Shown here piece after piece: positions 1 to 11,751 of a DNA stretch of 64,000 nt. The stretch's first letter is position 1. Each line of letters starts with the position of its first letter. The notes beneath the pieces were generated by a model. The model was not told the origin of the DNA and did no database searches. It saw only the letters and a program-made list of their open reading frames with translations. Origin of the DNA: Mobula birostris (taxonomy: Eukaryota); assembly GCF_030028105.1 (NCBI RefSeq), contig NC_092371.1, positions 14,095,884 to 14,159,883 on the forward strand, read 5' to 3'. The position numbers and the translations under genes were made by a program.

Positions 1-1033
1 GAACAGGACCTGACTAGAAGCAGGGACGTGACTGAATACAGGCAAGGAGCAGGGACAAGAACGCAGTCTTGAGCTAGGACATGGACAAGACACGGAACCC
101 GGACAAGTAACAATGCACTAGGAGCCTGGGCTTGGGCTCCGAGCCAGAAACTGGACAAGGACCCATAACCTGGGTCTTGTCTCGGGCTTGGGCCCCAGAA
201 CCAGGCAAGGACATGACATGAGTACAGGGCAGGACGTGGTTGCGGTCTAGAGCCTTGAACTGAGGGACAGGCTGGGGTCTTGAGTTTGAGCTGGGAGACG
301 GGCTGGGGTCTTGAGGTTTGAGCTGGGAGACAGGCTGGGGTCTTGTGGCTTGAACTGGAAGACATCTTGTGTCTCGTGGCTTCAGCTGAGAGACAGGCTG
401 GGGTCTTTTGGGTTCAGCTGGGAGACAGGCTGGGGTCTTGTGGCTGGAGCCGGGAGACAGACTGGGGACTTGAGGCTTGAGCTGGGAGACAGGCTGGGGT
501 CTTGGGTCTTGAGATGCGGAGGATGTTAACTCGGAGGCTGGAATTCGCAGACAGACTGGGAGCTGTACATAAACATAGAGCCGGGACTTATCCTTCGAAA
601 TGCCATGACTCATCTTTAATATGACACCAACATGAGACTGGACAGAACATAGCCATAGAGCCGGAAATTATCCTTAGACAAGCCGGGACTCAACTTCACC
701 TCCACACCAAGGTGGGACAGGTCCCTCCGTCGGGTAACGGCAGAATGGCCGGAATGACAAGGTTCCATGAAGCGATGGTTCTCTAACGCTGCTTAAAGAT
801 GGCAAGTGGCCGCTCTAGCCTTCCAGCGGCAGGTTGCTCCCAGGGAATCTTGACAAGACCAACCAGCAGCCCACAGTCGTCCACAAGGCTACTTATATTC
901 CAAGCCCCAAGATGGGAATCAGGTACCTATGTTTAACTCAACCAAAACAAGGGACAGCTGGAAGACCCGGAGTCCTGAGTCCACGGACCGGACCGTGAAC
1001 CGGAATGCGGACCTCACGGACCGGACGATGACA
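1..1033 (-). mobile_element. Gypsy-type solo LTR, copy A (cut by the window start; internal deletion of about 355 bp versus B)
   Basis: Ends TGACA followed by AGTAA and the CR1 RT continuation (KAFDKVPH); homologous to 30783-32226. Confidence 0.75.
257..510. repeat. 32-bp minisatellite inside the LTR (about 8 units; consensus gagctgggagacaggctggggtcttgaggctt)
   Basis: Unit starts near 257, 288, 320, 352, 383, 415, 447, 479. Confidence 0.9.
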
Positions 1034-2213
1034 AGTAAGGCCTTTGACAAGGTCCCTCATGGAAGATTGCTTCGACAGGTTCAATTGTTAGGTATTAAAA
1101 TTGAAGTAGTAAAATGGATTCAGCAGTGGCTGGATGGGAGACGCCAGGGAGTGGTGGTGGATAACTGTTTGTCAGATTGGAGGCCGGTGACTATTGGTTT
1201 GCCTCAGCGATCTGTACTGGGTCCAATATTATTTGTCATATACATGAATGATCTGGATGATGGAGTGGTAAATTGGATGAGTAAGTATGCAGATGATATG
1301 AAGATAGGTGGAGTTGTGGATAATGCAGTAGGTTTTCAAAGCTTGCAGAGAGATTTAGGCAAGTTAGAAGAGTGGGCTGAAAGATGGCAGATGGAGTTTA
1401 ATTCTGATAAATGTGAGGTGCTACATTTTGGTAGGACTAATCAAAATAGGACATACATGGTAAATGGTAGGGCATTGAAGAATGCAGTAGAACAGAGGAA
1501 CAGGAATTAGGAATACTGGTGCATAGTTCCCTGAAGGTGAAATCTCATGTGGATAGGGTGGTGAAGAAAGCTTTTGATATGCTGGCCTTTGTAAATCAGA
1601 GCATTGAGTATAGGAGTTGGGATATAATGTTGAAATTGTACAAGACATTGGTGAGGCAAAATTTGGAGCATTGTGCACAGTTTTGGTCACCAAATTCTAG
1701 GAAAGATGTCAAGAAATTAGAGAGAGTACAGAGAAGATTTACTAGAATGTTACCTGGCTTTCATCACCTAAGTTGAAGTCGGGTCTTTATTCCTTGGAAC
1801 GTAGAAGGTTGATGGGTTGGGGGGGGGGGTTCTTGATAGAGGTATTTAAAATTATGAGGGGGATAGATAGAGTTAAGTTCGATTGGCTTTGTCCATTGAG
1901 AGTGGGGGAGATTCAAACAAGAGGACATGAGTTGAGAGTTAAAGGGCAAAAGTTTAGGGGTAACTTAGGTGGGAACCTCTTTACTCAGAGAGTGGTAGCT
2001 GTGTGGAACGAGCTTCCAGCAGAAGTGGTTGAGGCAGGTTCGATGTTGTCGTTTAAAGTTAAATTGGACAGCTATATGGATAGGAAAGGAATGGAGGGTT
2101 ATGGGCTGAGTGCAGGTCAGTGGGACTAGGTGAGAGTAACAGTTCGGCACGGACTAGAAGGGCCGAGATGGCCTGTTTCCGTGCTGTAATGGTTATATGG
2201 CTATATGTTTATA
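1034..2213 (+). mobile_element. CR1 LINE, 3' RT part and tail (degenerate)
   Basis: AFDKVPHGRL..GLPQRSVLGP..KYADD..MEFNSDKC..; frameshifts; atggttatat-type tail. Confidence 0.92.
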
Positions 2214-3629
2214 TTATGCTGCGGGTAGCTTCAGAGATGGAGAGAGATACCGAACCCATGATCACCCTCTGGGCTATTCTCAAACCCTTATGTTCCTGAA
2301 GTGAGTTTTTCGTTCCTCACTCTCAAAACTATACATAAACCAGACACAGAGCTTAATCACCATCTCCTCCACCCCTCTTCTTTCTCTCTCTCTTTCTGAG
2401 ACACACACACACCTTCCCTTCTCTCCTCGCGCTTTCCCCCTCTCCGTTCTCTCTCTCCCACTCTCCCCTCCTTCCATCTCTCTCCTCTCTGTCTCTCCCC
2501 ATCTCTCACCACACTCTCTCCGCTCACATTCTTATCTTACTCATTCTGCCTAGCTTGCCAGTGCTTTTTCTTTCATCCCATCCCCTTCTCCCATCTCGCA
2601 CTCACCGTTTCACCCTCTGTCTCTCTTGTTTCCCATTACTCATGCTACCTCTCTGTTACCTGTCCCTGTGGCGCCCCATTCATCGCTTGTCAGAACTAAT
2701 TACAACTGTGTAAGCTTTTATTTTAGGAATTAGTTTCAGAATGTGTCTCTTCTTATCATTGCAGTTTCTAAGATTGAGACAATTTTAAAAAGTTCTGTCG
2801 TATCTCATCAACGCCCCCACCTTCCCGGGACCACGTGACCGCGCCACCTGCACCACATCACAAACAGGACAGAAACAGCAGCAATTTGTGTAACTGTCGC
2901 TAAATAAAGACTGTGCAAACCCCGTCTCCGTCCCGCGGGGGGATGACGCGGTCCGCAGCTGCATCGGTGCCGCTCACAACACAGACAGTTGGACCCTATC
3001 CATCTATCCGTCCCATCCTCGACTGTGGTCAGCGACTAAAAAAATCATGGGGCCCTGGGAGAGAAAATTGAAAGCCTCTGACTGAATGAGGGAGAGGTTA
3101 ACTGGACTGACCAGTGTCCTACGGTCAGGACGGGCTTGAGGGAGAATTACCATATCCCAGGTTATGAACGGCACGTGGTCATACTTTAATCACCATCTCC
3201 ATTTATCTAAAAAGAGGTAATCAATAGAACAAGCCTTACACAACCCAAACTGCGGGATAACATTCCACAAATAACAACGGCCGACATTTCACGGTGGCGT
3301 TATTAGATAAACGTTGTTATCGCCTCACATAGATCGAACTTTTAATTGGACCAAATTTCTTTTCATCTATTGTACAGTTTCCTAAGACGGTGGCAGAATG
3401 AAGGCTGGGTGGTGATGAAGTAAATCATGGACAAGAGAACGGAGATTTGATGTCCCACACGTGACTCACTTAATAACATCCTTCATTGAGTGAGGATCAG
3501 CAACAGAATCAGGTACAATATCACTGCCATATGTCCTGACATTTGTTGTTTGTTCCCCAGAGTGCTGAGGACCCGATTAAAATAAACATTGAATGTCATA
3601 AAGTAATAGAGCACCACAACACCGAATCA

Positions 3630-3900
3630 CGCCTTTCGGTCCATTTAGTCTGTTCCGAACTATTAATATGGTTAGTCCCGTCATTCTGCACCCGGACCAT
3701 CGGCATGCATACCCCTCCCTCCATCCAAGTTTCTCTTAAGTGTTAAAATCGACCCTCACCCATCATAACTGCTGGTAACTCTTTCTACACTCTCACCATC
3801 CTTTGAGTGAAGTAGATTTTCCCGATGTTCCCTTTAAACATTCCAGATTTTACCCTTATATCATATCTCCGGTTGTAGTCTCACCCTATATTATTGGAAA
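3630..3900 (-). mobile_element. Old CR1 3' fragment
   Basis: Resembles the reverse complement of a CR1 3' end; also near 34835-35100 and 61000-61260. Confidence 0.55.
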
Positions 3901-4284
3901 ATACTCTGCTAATATTTTACCCTTGCTATATCCCGCTGGAGTGGCGTAGTTGGGGACATGAAGATCCACCAGGACTGCCACTATAAGTATGTTAGAAAAA
4001 GGATAAAATGGAATGTTAACTTGGATGAATTTCACATTCAGAATAGAAACAGTCGACAGTAAATAAATAAAGCGTCTGTAAACGAAAGGCCGACGTGACA
4101 CTCTATCAACCTTTGCACGCGGTATGACTAAGAAGGTGTTTTTGGTCAGGAAAAAGGCACCGAAATCCAATACCGAAATATATATGTAGTCAGAGAGAGA
4201 GATAGAGAGAGAGAGGAGAGGAGAGGAGAGAAGCAGGCTAGAAGACATGTTTTTAGGATCTTTGTCATGGAGGAATGGCTAAAT

Positions 4285-6350
4285 CTATTATTAAGACCAT
4301 AAGTCTATATGACACAGGAGCAGAATTAGGCCATGGGGCCCGTCGAGTTTGCTCCGGCATTCAATCATGGCTGATCCTTTTTTAAATCTCCTCCTCAACC
4401 CCAACAAAAAACCTGTCAATCTCTGCCGTAAATACACCGAACGACCCGGCCTCAACAGCTGCATATGGAAATAAATTCCACAAATCCAACACCCTTTGTC
4501 GAAAGAAATTACTCCGCATCTCTGTTTTGAAAGGGCGTCCCTCTATCCTGAGGCTGTGCCCATTTGTCCTAGATTCTCCCAGCATGGGACACGTCCTGTC
4601 CACTATCTCTAGGCCTGTCAACATTCGAAAGGTTTCAATGAGATTTCCCCTCATCTTTCTGAATTCCAGTGAGTGCAGACCCAGAGCCTTCCACGTAGGA
4701 TAACCCTTTCATTCGTGGAATCCTCATTGTGAACCTCCTGTGGATCGTCTCCAATGACAGCACATCCCTTCTGAGACGAAGAGCCCGCGCTCTTGTATTC
4801 TAGACCGCTTGAAATAAATGCCAACGTAGCATTTGCCGTCTCTCATCACCGACTGAAACTGAGAGTAAACTTCAGAATGTTCTGCTCAAGGACTTCCAAG
4901 TCCCTCTGCATCTCAGATTCTTTGATTTTCTCCCCGTTTAGACAATAGACCGCACGTTTATTTCTACTACCCAAAGAGCATGACCATGCATTTCCCAACA
5001 TTGTATTTCATTTGCCACTTTCTCGCCCATTCTCCTAACCTGACTAAGTCCTTTGCTCAACACTACCTGTCCCTTCCTCAATCTTTGTATCATCTGCAAA
5101 CTTGGTACCAAAGCCATCAATTCCATCAACTAAATCATTTATATACAGCATAAAACGAAGTGGTCCCAACGCCTACCCCTGCGGAACACCACTAGTCACT
5201 GCCAGCCAACCAGAAAAGGATTATTGTATTCCTACTCACTGTCTCCTACAAATCAGCCAATATTCTAACCATGTTAGCAACTTTCCTGTAATACCATGGG
5301 CTCTTAAATTGGTAAGCAACCTCATGAGTGGCACCTTATCAAAGGTCTTCTGAAAGTCCAAATATACAACATCTATTGCATCCCCTTTATCCTACCGCCA
5401 ATCTCAAAGAATTCCAACAGGTTCTTCAGGCAGGATTTTCCCTGAAAGAAAGGACACTGATTTTGTCCTATGTTGTCCTATGTCACCAAGTAGTCCATCA
5501 CCTCATCCCTAACAATTGACTCTGACATCTTCCCAACCACTGAGATCAGGCTAACTGGTCTATAATTTCATTTCTGCCGCCTTCCTACTTTCTTAAAGAG
5601 TGGAGTAAGATATGAAATTTAACAGTCGTCTGGTACCATGTCAGAGTCCAATTATTTTTGAAAGATCATATTTCATGCCACCATAAACTCTAACACTACC
5701 TGTTTCAGAACACTAGGGTGCAATTCCTCTGGTTCGGGTGACTGATGTATATTTGGCACCTTCTCTCTTCCTTTACACACTACAACATCACTTACACTGC
5801 TTGCTTACTTGCTAGCTTGCTTTCATAATTCATCTTTTCCCTTCTAATAATTCTTTTACGTTGCTCTCTGTAGGATTTTTAAAACTTTCCAATCCTTTAT
5901 CTTCCCACTAATTTTTGCATTGTTGTATGCCCTTCCTTTTCTTTTTACAATAGCTTTGGCTTTCCTTATCAGCCATGCTTGCACTATTTTATCATTTGAG
6001 TATTTCTTCATTTTTGGAATATAAATGTCCTGCACCTTCTTCATTTCCCCCCAGAAACACATGTTATTGCTGGTCTCCCTGTTCCCCTCTCTATTGAGTT
6101 CCCTATCACTACCGCGCCTTTCTTCTCTCTCTTTCCTTTCTGCACCACGGACCCATGCGAAGTTCCTGCAACCCGGTCGCCGTGGCGTTCTCTCGGCTGG
6201 TCTTCCTCCACAAAAGTATCCAAAGCGGTATACTTGTTTTTGAGGGTTATGGCTACAGGTGGCTCTGCTCGAACTGCCCATTTCCATTTCTCCTGACAGT
6301 CACACAGCTACTCGCCTCCTGCAACTTCGGGGTGACTACTTCCCTGTAAC
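4285..6350 (-). mobile_element. CR1 LINE, internally deleted (tail, RT/EN pieces, ORF1 esterase fragment)
   Basis: MRGNLIETFRML..GHSLRI, SLQMIQRL, KREKKGAVVIGNSI motifs on the minus strand. Confidence 0.9.
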
Positions 6351-7079
6351 CTTGATCAATTATATCCTCGCTCTCCTCACATTAAGGAAGCGCCTGCAGA
6401 TCACCCGGGAAACAGGGTTAGAAAACGTCATCGGCAAATCTCTTGGTGATCTCTTGGTAATCATGTCATAACTTACGCAGTGGATCGATTCGCAATCAGC
6501 GGACATGGTGCATGTTGATTATCAGCAGGCCGTCTGTGAAGTGATTCTCAAGAGTTGGCTTTAAAAAGAAATGCAGCTGTTCACAGTGTACATCCAAACA
6601 AATGGACAAGGGAACGAAGTGTAATATTGCCATGTTTGTTGGTTATCAGGGTTATCAGGACAGTGCAGAGTGACTGCGTTGATGTTCACAGATCAGAACA
6701 GGCAGGGATACGAAATACCGAATAAAATGTGGAAAACGTGTGGTCACGTGTAGAAAAATGTTCTAAATTGGAGTCTCTTACAATGGCTAAAGGGTGAGGT
6801 TATGTGTACAAGTTCATGTTGAAGTTTATTGCCAATTAACCTTTCACATGTAAACAAGCGAAACACCTTTCCTCTGAGGCCAAGGTGAAAAACACAGTAG
6901 ATAAAGCCATACACATTAGATACAGTAACGATCCAACACATGGAGTTAGAAAATAGACATTTGCTCAAGTGCCTGAGTGACATGGCCTGAAGATCGACCA
7001 GTTGACATAAAGTGTGAAGTGAATGTTTACGTAAGGCAAAATAAAGTTTATTTATCCATCTATTTATGTATGTATGCAT

Positions 7080-7275
7080 TTATTTGTTTGTTTGTATTTG
7101 CACAGTTTGACTTATTTGGCACATTGGCTGTTTGTTCGTCTTAGTATTTAGCTTTACATTGCTTCCATTGCATTCCTTTCTATGTACTTTGAATGCCCGC
7201 AAGTCAATGAAATTCATGGTTGTGTATGATGACTTACCGCACTTTGATAGTAAATTTATTTCGAACTTTGAATTT
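7080..7275 (+). mobile_element. Rex1/Babar-type LINE 3' UTR/tail remnant
   Basis: Ends 'ctttgatagtaaatttatttcgaactttgaa', the tail type seen on the other Rex1-like pieces; copy near 39200-39390. Confidence 0.55.
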
Positions 7276-7544
7276 TATAATCCGAAGCCTGTGACCACGG
7301 ACTAATTTATAAGCCTCAATTTAATCAATCCAGTGGTTTCTGATCAGTGGTCCTCCCCAGATGTTGATGGCGAAGTAACGTTATGGAACGTCACGGTCTA
7401 GTGGTCAGGTCCTTTCCTGTTGACAGAGCCCATTGCTGGAACTAATGTAGCCAGACTGAAGTTTGCTCCTACCAGCCTTGTATGACTGTTTTCGGAGTCT
7501 TGTTCCATGCCTCACTATCTCGCTGTCGGAAAATTACATGAATG

Positions 7545-7675
7545 GGGTTTCAGATGAACGTTCTCGGACGTAATCGGCGACCGTCTATTTCCCTGCATAG
7601 ATGCTACCTCACTCGGTCAGGCCATCCAGCTCTTTCTGAGTTGCTCCATATTCCAGCATCTGCATCCGTTTGCAT
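7545..7675 (+). mobile_element. Decayed Penelope-like terminal repeat remnant
   Basis: gatgct...ttccagcatctgca with a degenerate hammerhead-like upstream segment; copy near 39675-39800. Confidence 0.5.
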
Positions 7676-8290
7676 CACCGGTGCAATTATTGCTAAACAT
7701 CCCTAATTCCGATCTAATATTACCCGTAATATTCACTGCCGAGAGGAGCACTCCTCATATCTTGCTCCGTTGATTGCGTTCCACTGCAACCCCTTTGCAC
7801 AATGACTGACCCCAATGTCTGACGTTAAGTGAAATTCTGCCCAGGCCCGCTTTAGAGACTACAGAGAACAACACTTGTCGGTTGTGAGTTACGCATTTTA
7901 GCAACAAACTTTATTCTCTGATAAGCAGAGTAGCGACATGCTTTCTGCAGGAATGGGATATGCAGATAGGAGCCAATGCATTGTCGAGGTAATTTTGGCA
8001 TGTCATAGAGACCTTGTAGAAATTTGATGTGACCTTGAAAAGTTTTTTGTTCTCATTAGCCATTCTGAGCAGAGAATCGGGGCCGAGTGCCAACACCACC
8101 CACACCTACTGTTCCAGAGAGAAGCAGCCGAAACAATGCCTAAAATAATTTTAGCCTGAGTATTCGCCAAGGTTCTACAAGCCTGGATATGTAATACAAC
8201 CGAAGATGAAACAATCTTGAAATTCGGGGTTAAGGTTTTAAAAATCAACAAGGTGGCCATTCAAAGTTATTGAAGGTGAGCTAGTCTATC

Positions 8291-8345
8291 TCCGCCCACA
8301 TTCTTTCTGTGGCGCCGCCCACTCATTTACATCCCAATTAATAAA
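8291..8345 (+). promoter_or_regulatory. IgL cluster 1 promoter: GC boxes, variant octamer ATTTACAT (8325-8332), TATA-like TTAATAAA (8338-8345)
   Basis: Motifs lie about 120-170 bp upstream of the leader ATG and are retained in copy 2. Octamer plus TATA is the standard Ig V promoter layout. Confidence 0.7.
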
Positions 8346-8463
8346 CGGACCCGAAGACCCCAGTATGTTGGCTCTGAAAGCGGAGGGGTTCCCGAAGTGT
8401 GCAGAACAACGCATGGTTCGGTCGGAATTTTTGGGCGCTCGCTGTCTGCACCTGTCCGGAGGA

Positions 8464-8512
8464 ATGTCCCCAGCGCTGCATCTCCTGTGGGTTCTGCTGG
8501 TTCATTTACCAG
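8464..8512 (+). CDS. IgL: Ig light chain cluster 1, leader exon (MSPALHLLWVLLVHLP-)
   Basis: Hydrophobic signal peptide ending at a phase-1 donor G|GTGAGA; 107-bp intron to acceptor TTGCAG at 8619. Confidence 0.92.
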
Positions 8513-8619
8513 GTGAGAGTCGGATCGGTTTACGCACAGATTATCCGTTAAAATTGGGATGACTGCTGATTTTTATTTTGCTCTAAGTCACCCAGTGGTT
8601 TTATTCTGTTTTATTGCAG

Positions 8620-8973
8620 ATATTCACGCGGCCCCAGTGCTCAACCAGACCCCAATGTCTGGACCTGTTTCCGCGGGACAAACTGTCCGCTTAGAGTGTC
8701 GGATGCAGAACGGTAATGTTGGAAGTTACGAGATGTACTGGTACCGACAGCGCCCCGGGGAGAGACCGGAGTGGCTGGTAGAACATGAGACGGACAATGA
8801 TATATACCGAGGGCCAGGGATCACAAACCGTTTTCAACCGTCCAGAGACACCTCCAGTAACAGTCACATCCTGACCATCAGCAGTCTGGAATCCCGGGAT
8901 TCCGCCGTCTATTACTGTGGAGCGTGGGATAATGGAGTTATCTTCGGTCCAGGCACCATCCTAGGTATTAAAA
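8620..8973 (+). CDS. IgL: Ig light chain cluster 1, germline-joined VJ exon (sigma-cart/type I/NS5-like)
   Basis: APVLNQTP..C23..WYRQRPG..DSAVYYC-GAWDNGVI-FGPGTILGIK. V and J are contiguous with no RSS between them; long CDR2 typical of sigma-type chains; donor A|GTAAGT. Confidence 0.95.
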
Positions 8974-9239
8974 GTAAGTGGATTCCTCATTCTGTTACAA
9001 AGAATTCCTACTGCAGCCACTCTCATTCCCCACAGCTGGATAAAATCCCGGCCAGGGAGGGCAGGTTCCATCTGTATCAGTCTGGCATAAGCGCCGTTCA
9101 GCCCATCGATTCAGCCCCAACAATCAAAAATGACGGCTTGAATTGTGACAAGTTTTTTGTTGGACACTTTTGATCAACCTCAGTATGTTTAGTAGAATTC
9201 AATAATTTCTGACATCTCTTCTCTTTAACACATAATATT

Positions 9240-9720
9240 GGTTTAATTTTGCTACTTTTCACAAGATGCAATGAAAAATTTGTCTTGCATACTGTCCATA
9301 AAGATCGCATGATGACGGTGTATTGAGTTAAGCACAGCTTAATGCAGAATAAAAGTTAACAGCCACAGAGGAAGTGCAGTGCAGGTAGATAAGTTACAAG
9401 ATCATAAGGAGGTAGATTGTGAGGTCAATCGTCCATCTTATCGTACAAGAGAACCATTGAATAGACTTATTACAACGGCCCCTCTATGATGTCAAATTAA
9501 AACAATCCCTGCTGTCTACACATACTCCATATCCCTCCATTCTCACCACACTGATGTCTCCATCTAACAGCTTCTTAAACGTCCCTGTCGTATCTACCTC
9601 CTCCAGCTCATGCACCCATCACTCTGTATAAAAAGTAAAAATTCAGGGAACTCTCCCTTCAAAATTTTCTCCTCTCGGCTTAGCTTTCTGCCCTGGGGGA
9701 ATCAATCTTGACTACAGATC
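9240..9720 (-). mobile_element. LINE 3' fragments (Rex1/L2-like and CR1-like) in the J-C intron
   Basis: Resembles reverse-complemented LINE 3' UTRs; present in both clusters (about 41390-41850). Confidence 0.5.
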
Positions 9721-10660
9721 CTATCGCTATCTCATATACTGTCTTGAATGATGCTCACACCTAATTCTGAGTCCCTACCACAAGCATGACATCTACCCCT
9801 CTTCATTCACCATCTCTGAGAACACGTTTGTCGCGAATATTCCATACTTTTGCTGGGTGCGGTAAATCCTGGACCACAGGGCACAATGTTGACCACTACA
9901 AGTTAACGCAATTCTCAGTTTCTGATTAAGAACCGTGTCATTATGATTGTAGAAAACACAGGAGAGAAACGTCAGAATTAAAATAATACATGCTAGGGTA
10001 AGGTGCTGGGCAGACAACAGACTGGTTACAGAGTCGTGCGGCAATAGGCGGGTTACTACGGGTTCGGAATTAAATCTGGATCTGAATGAGTCGTTTCGCC
10101 TTTTCCCGCTTCTCACCGGTTCACAGACCAGCTCTTTTTTCCCGTCATTTTCTCTTCAGCCATTGGGTACCGAGTCTTATGGTTCTATGGTTCTTGGATA
10201 TCCAGTAAGATTTCCCGACCTCGGGGCATCCCAGATAACTTTCTTTCGATAATTAACTGAAGTGTAATATTCTCAGTTATTGTTCTAAGAGTTCAAGATT
10301 TGGGGAGTTATTGGAGAACAACAAGGAACTGGTCTCACTAGAGGGACCAATCATATAGGCACGGTGTGGGCAATTAGAGAGGAGATTGAGTAGTGTTGAA
10401 GTTATCTTCTAACACAATGCAGTACCGAGAGCAGGGTGGATTCAAAAACATTTTTCTTAAATAAATGATGTCACGTCGTAGCCGCACAAGGCTGCGAATA
10501 ATCTGGGCAACTCTTCATTCAACGGTTTGTACCCGAGCAGTCAAATGTGCCGTTTACTGTGTTCCAATGCCTGTGTTAATTTCGGCGCTGCTGTTTCTAT
10601 CTTTGAAAAGCCCATGAAATAATATTGTTTCTATTCCCCTTCGTCTCCTCTCTCACACAG

Positions 10661-10989
10661 GTAGCGATTCCCGGAAGCCCTCAGTTCTCCTGCTCCCTCC
10701 CTCTCCGGAGGAGACCGGCACGGGTTCGGCCACTCTCTCCTGTCTGGTGAATGGTTTTAAGCCGGGCTTGGTAGCGCTGCGCTGGAGCGTGGATGGAGTC
10801 GAGACGGAGAGCGGGGTGACGACAGGCGCCGTGGCCCTGGACAACGATCAGACCTACAGGTTGAGCAGTTACCTGCGGGTAACCACCGCTGCATGGAACA
10901 AGGGCTCGAGTTATTCCTGCAGCGTGAGCCACAGCTCACTGAGCTCGCCGCTCCGCAACACAATCTCGTCGTCCGCCTGTGCGCAGTGA
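10661..10989 (+). CDS. IgL: Ig light chain cluster 1, constant exon (C1-set)
   Basis: Pyrimidine tract + CACAG acceptor; SSDSRKPSVLLLPPSPEE..ATLSCLVNGFKPG..WSVDG..YSCSVSH..SSACAQ*; phase matches the J donor; C-terminal interchain Cys. Confidence 0.96.
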
Positions 10990-11279
10990 GAGTGCGTTGG
11001 CTGGCAGCACACGCAGATTGTTTGTTCTTGTTTAATTCAGTGAAGCAATTACTGTGTCTGTGCAGCAGCCCATTGCAATGTAATTGTGTAGTCATGTTCG
11101 CTTATGGAAACAATCAGAATGTTTAATAATTTCAGAACAGTTGGCAAAAATAATCCATCTTTTGCGAAGGATAATTTTGTGTAGAATTGTCCCCATTGTG
11201 CTGTTTCTGAACTACCACTCTGTGTAGATTCAGGAGCGATCTCCTCTGCTGTGATTGGAATTTGTGTAACACATCTCTA

Positions 11280-11285
11280 AATAAA
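11280..11285 (+). terminator. Probable polyadenylation signal of IgL cluster 1
   Basis: AATAAA about 290 nt after the stop, followed by GT-rich sequence; conserved at 43390-43395. Confidence 0.6.
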
Positions 11286-11751
11286 GGAGGAAACGATGGT
11301 AGATTTATCGTGTCTTGCATTTACTGGGCTGCTGCAAGTATGTTGTGATGAATGGTCGTGGACAACATGCCGTATAGGAGCCTCAATCAGAATTACAGCT
11401 ACATCGACTCCGACATCTTATTCCGCATACTTCTCTCTGTGTCCTGAGCATTCTTTGTCCGTCGCACTCACCCCCGCATTCACCGGAACCTTCTGTTCCT
11501 CGTCGTCCTGCACTTCTGCTCTTCATTTACAATCATCCCCGTGGGAGGGAGATCAACATTCTTACTGCCTTTTGGCCAATGTCTTACCATCATTGAGAGT
11601 GTTACACTGTAGGGATGTTTCCCCGTGACGTGACCATTCTCTCCATCGATTCCGTTAGTTCCTGAATGAAGGCCATCGGCCTCACTTCCCGCCCTGACAG
11701 CACCGTCACCACCCGCCACACCCGCACACTAGCTTCTGTAACTCATAGTTA

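Noticed and set aside
74-613. Pro/Ser/Gln-rich ORFs (also 30952-31455)
   Set aside because: They are translations of the 32-bp LTR minisatellite; length and frame are not conserved between copies.
6582-6588. CACAGTG heptamers (also 22006, 34492, 45373, 60654) as possible RSS
   Set aside because: No ACAAAAACC-like nonamer at 12 or 23 nt spacing and no adjacent V or J segment.
8974-9173. Open frame continuing past the J donor in both clusters (possible V-only secreted form)
   Set aside because: All 10 substitutions in the first 52 codons are non-synonymous and the stops differ, so there is no sign of coding constraint; a strong GTAAGT donor is present.
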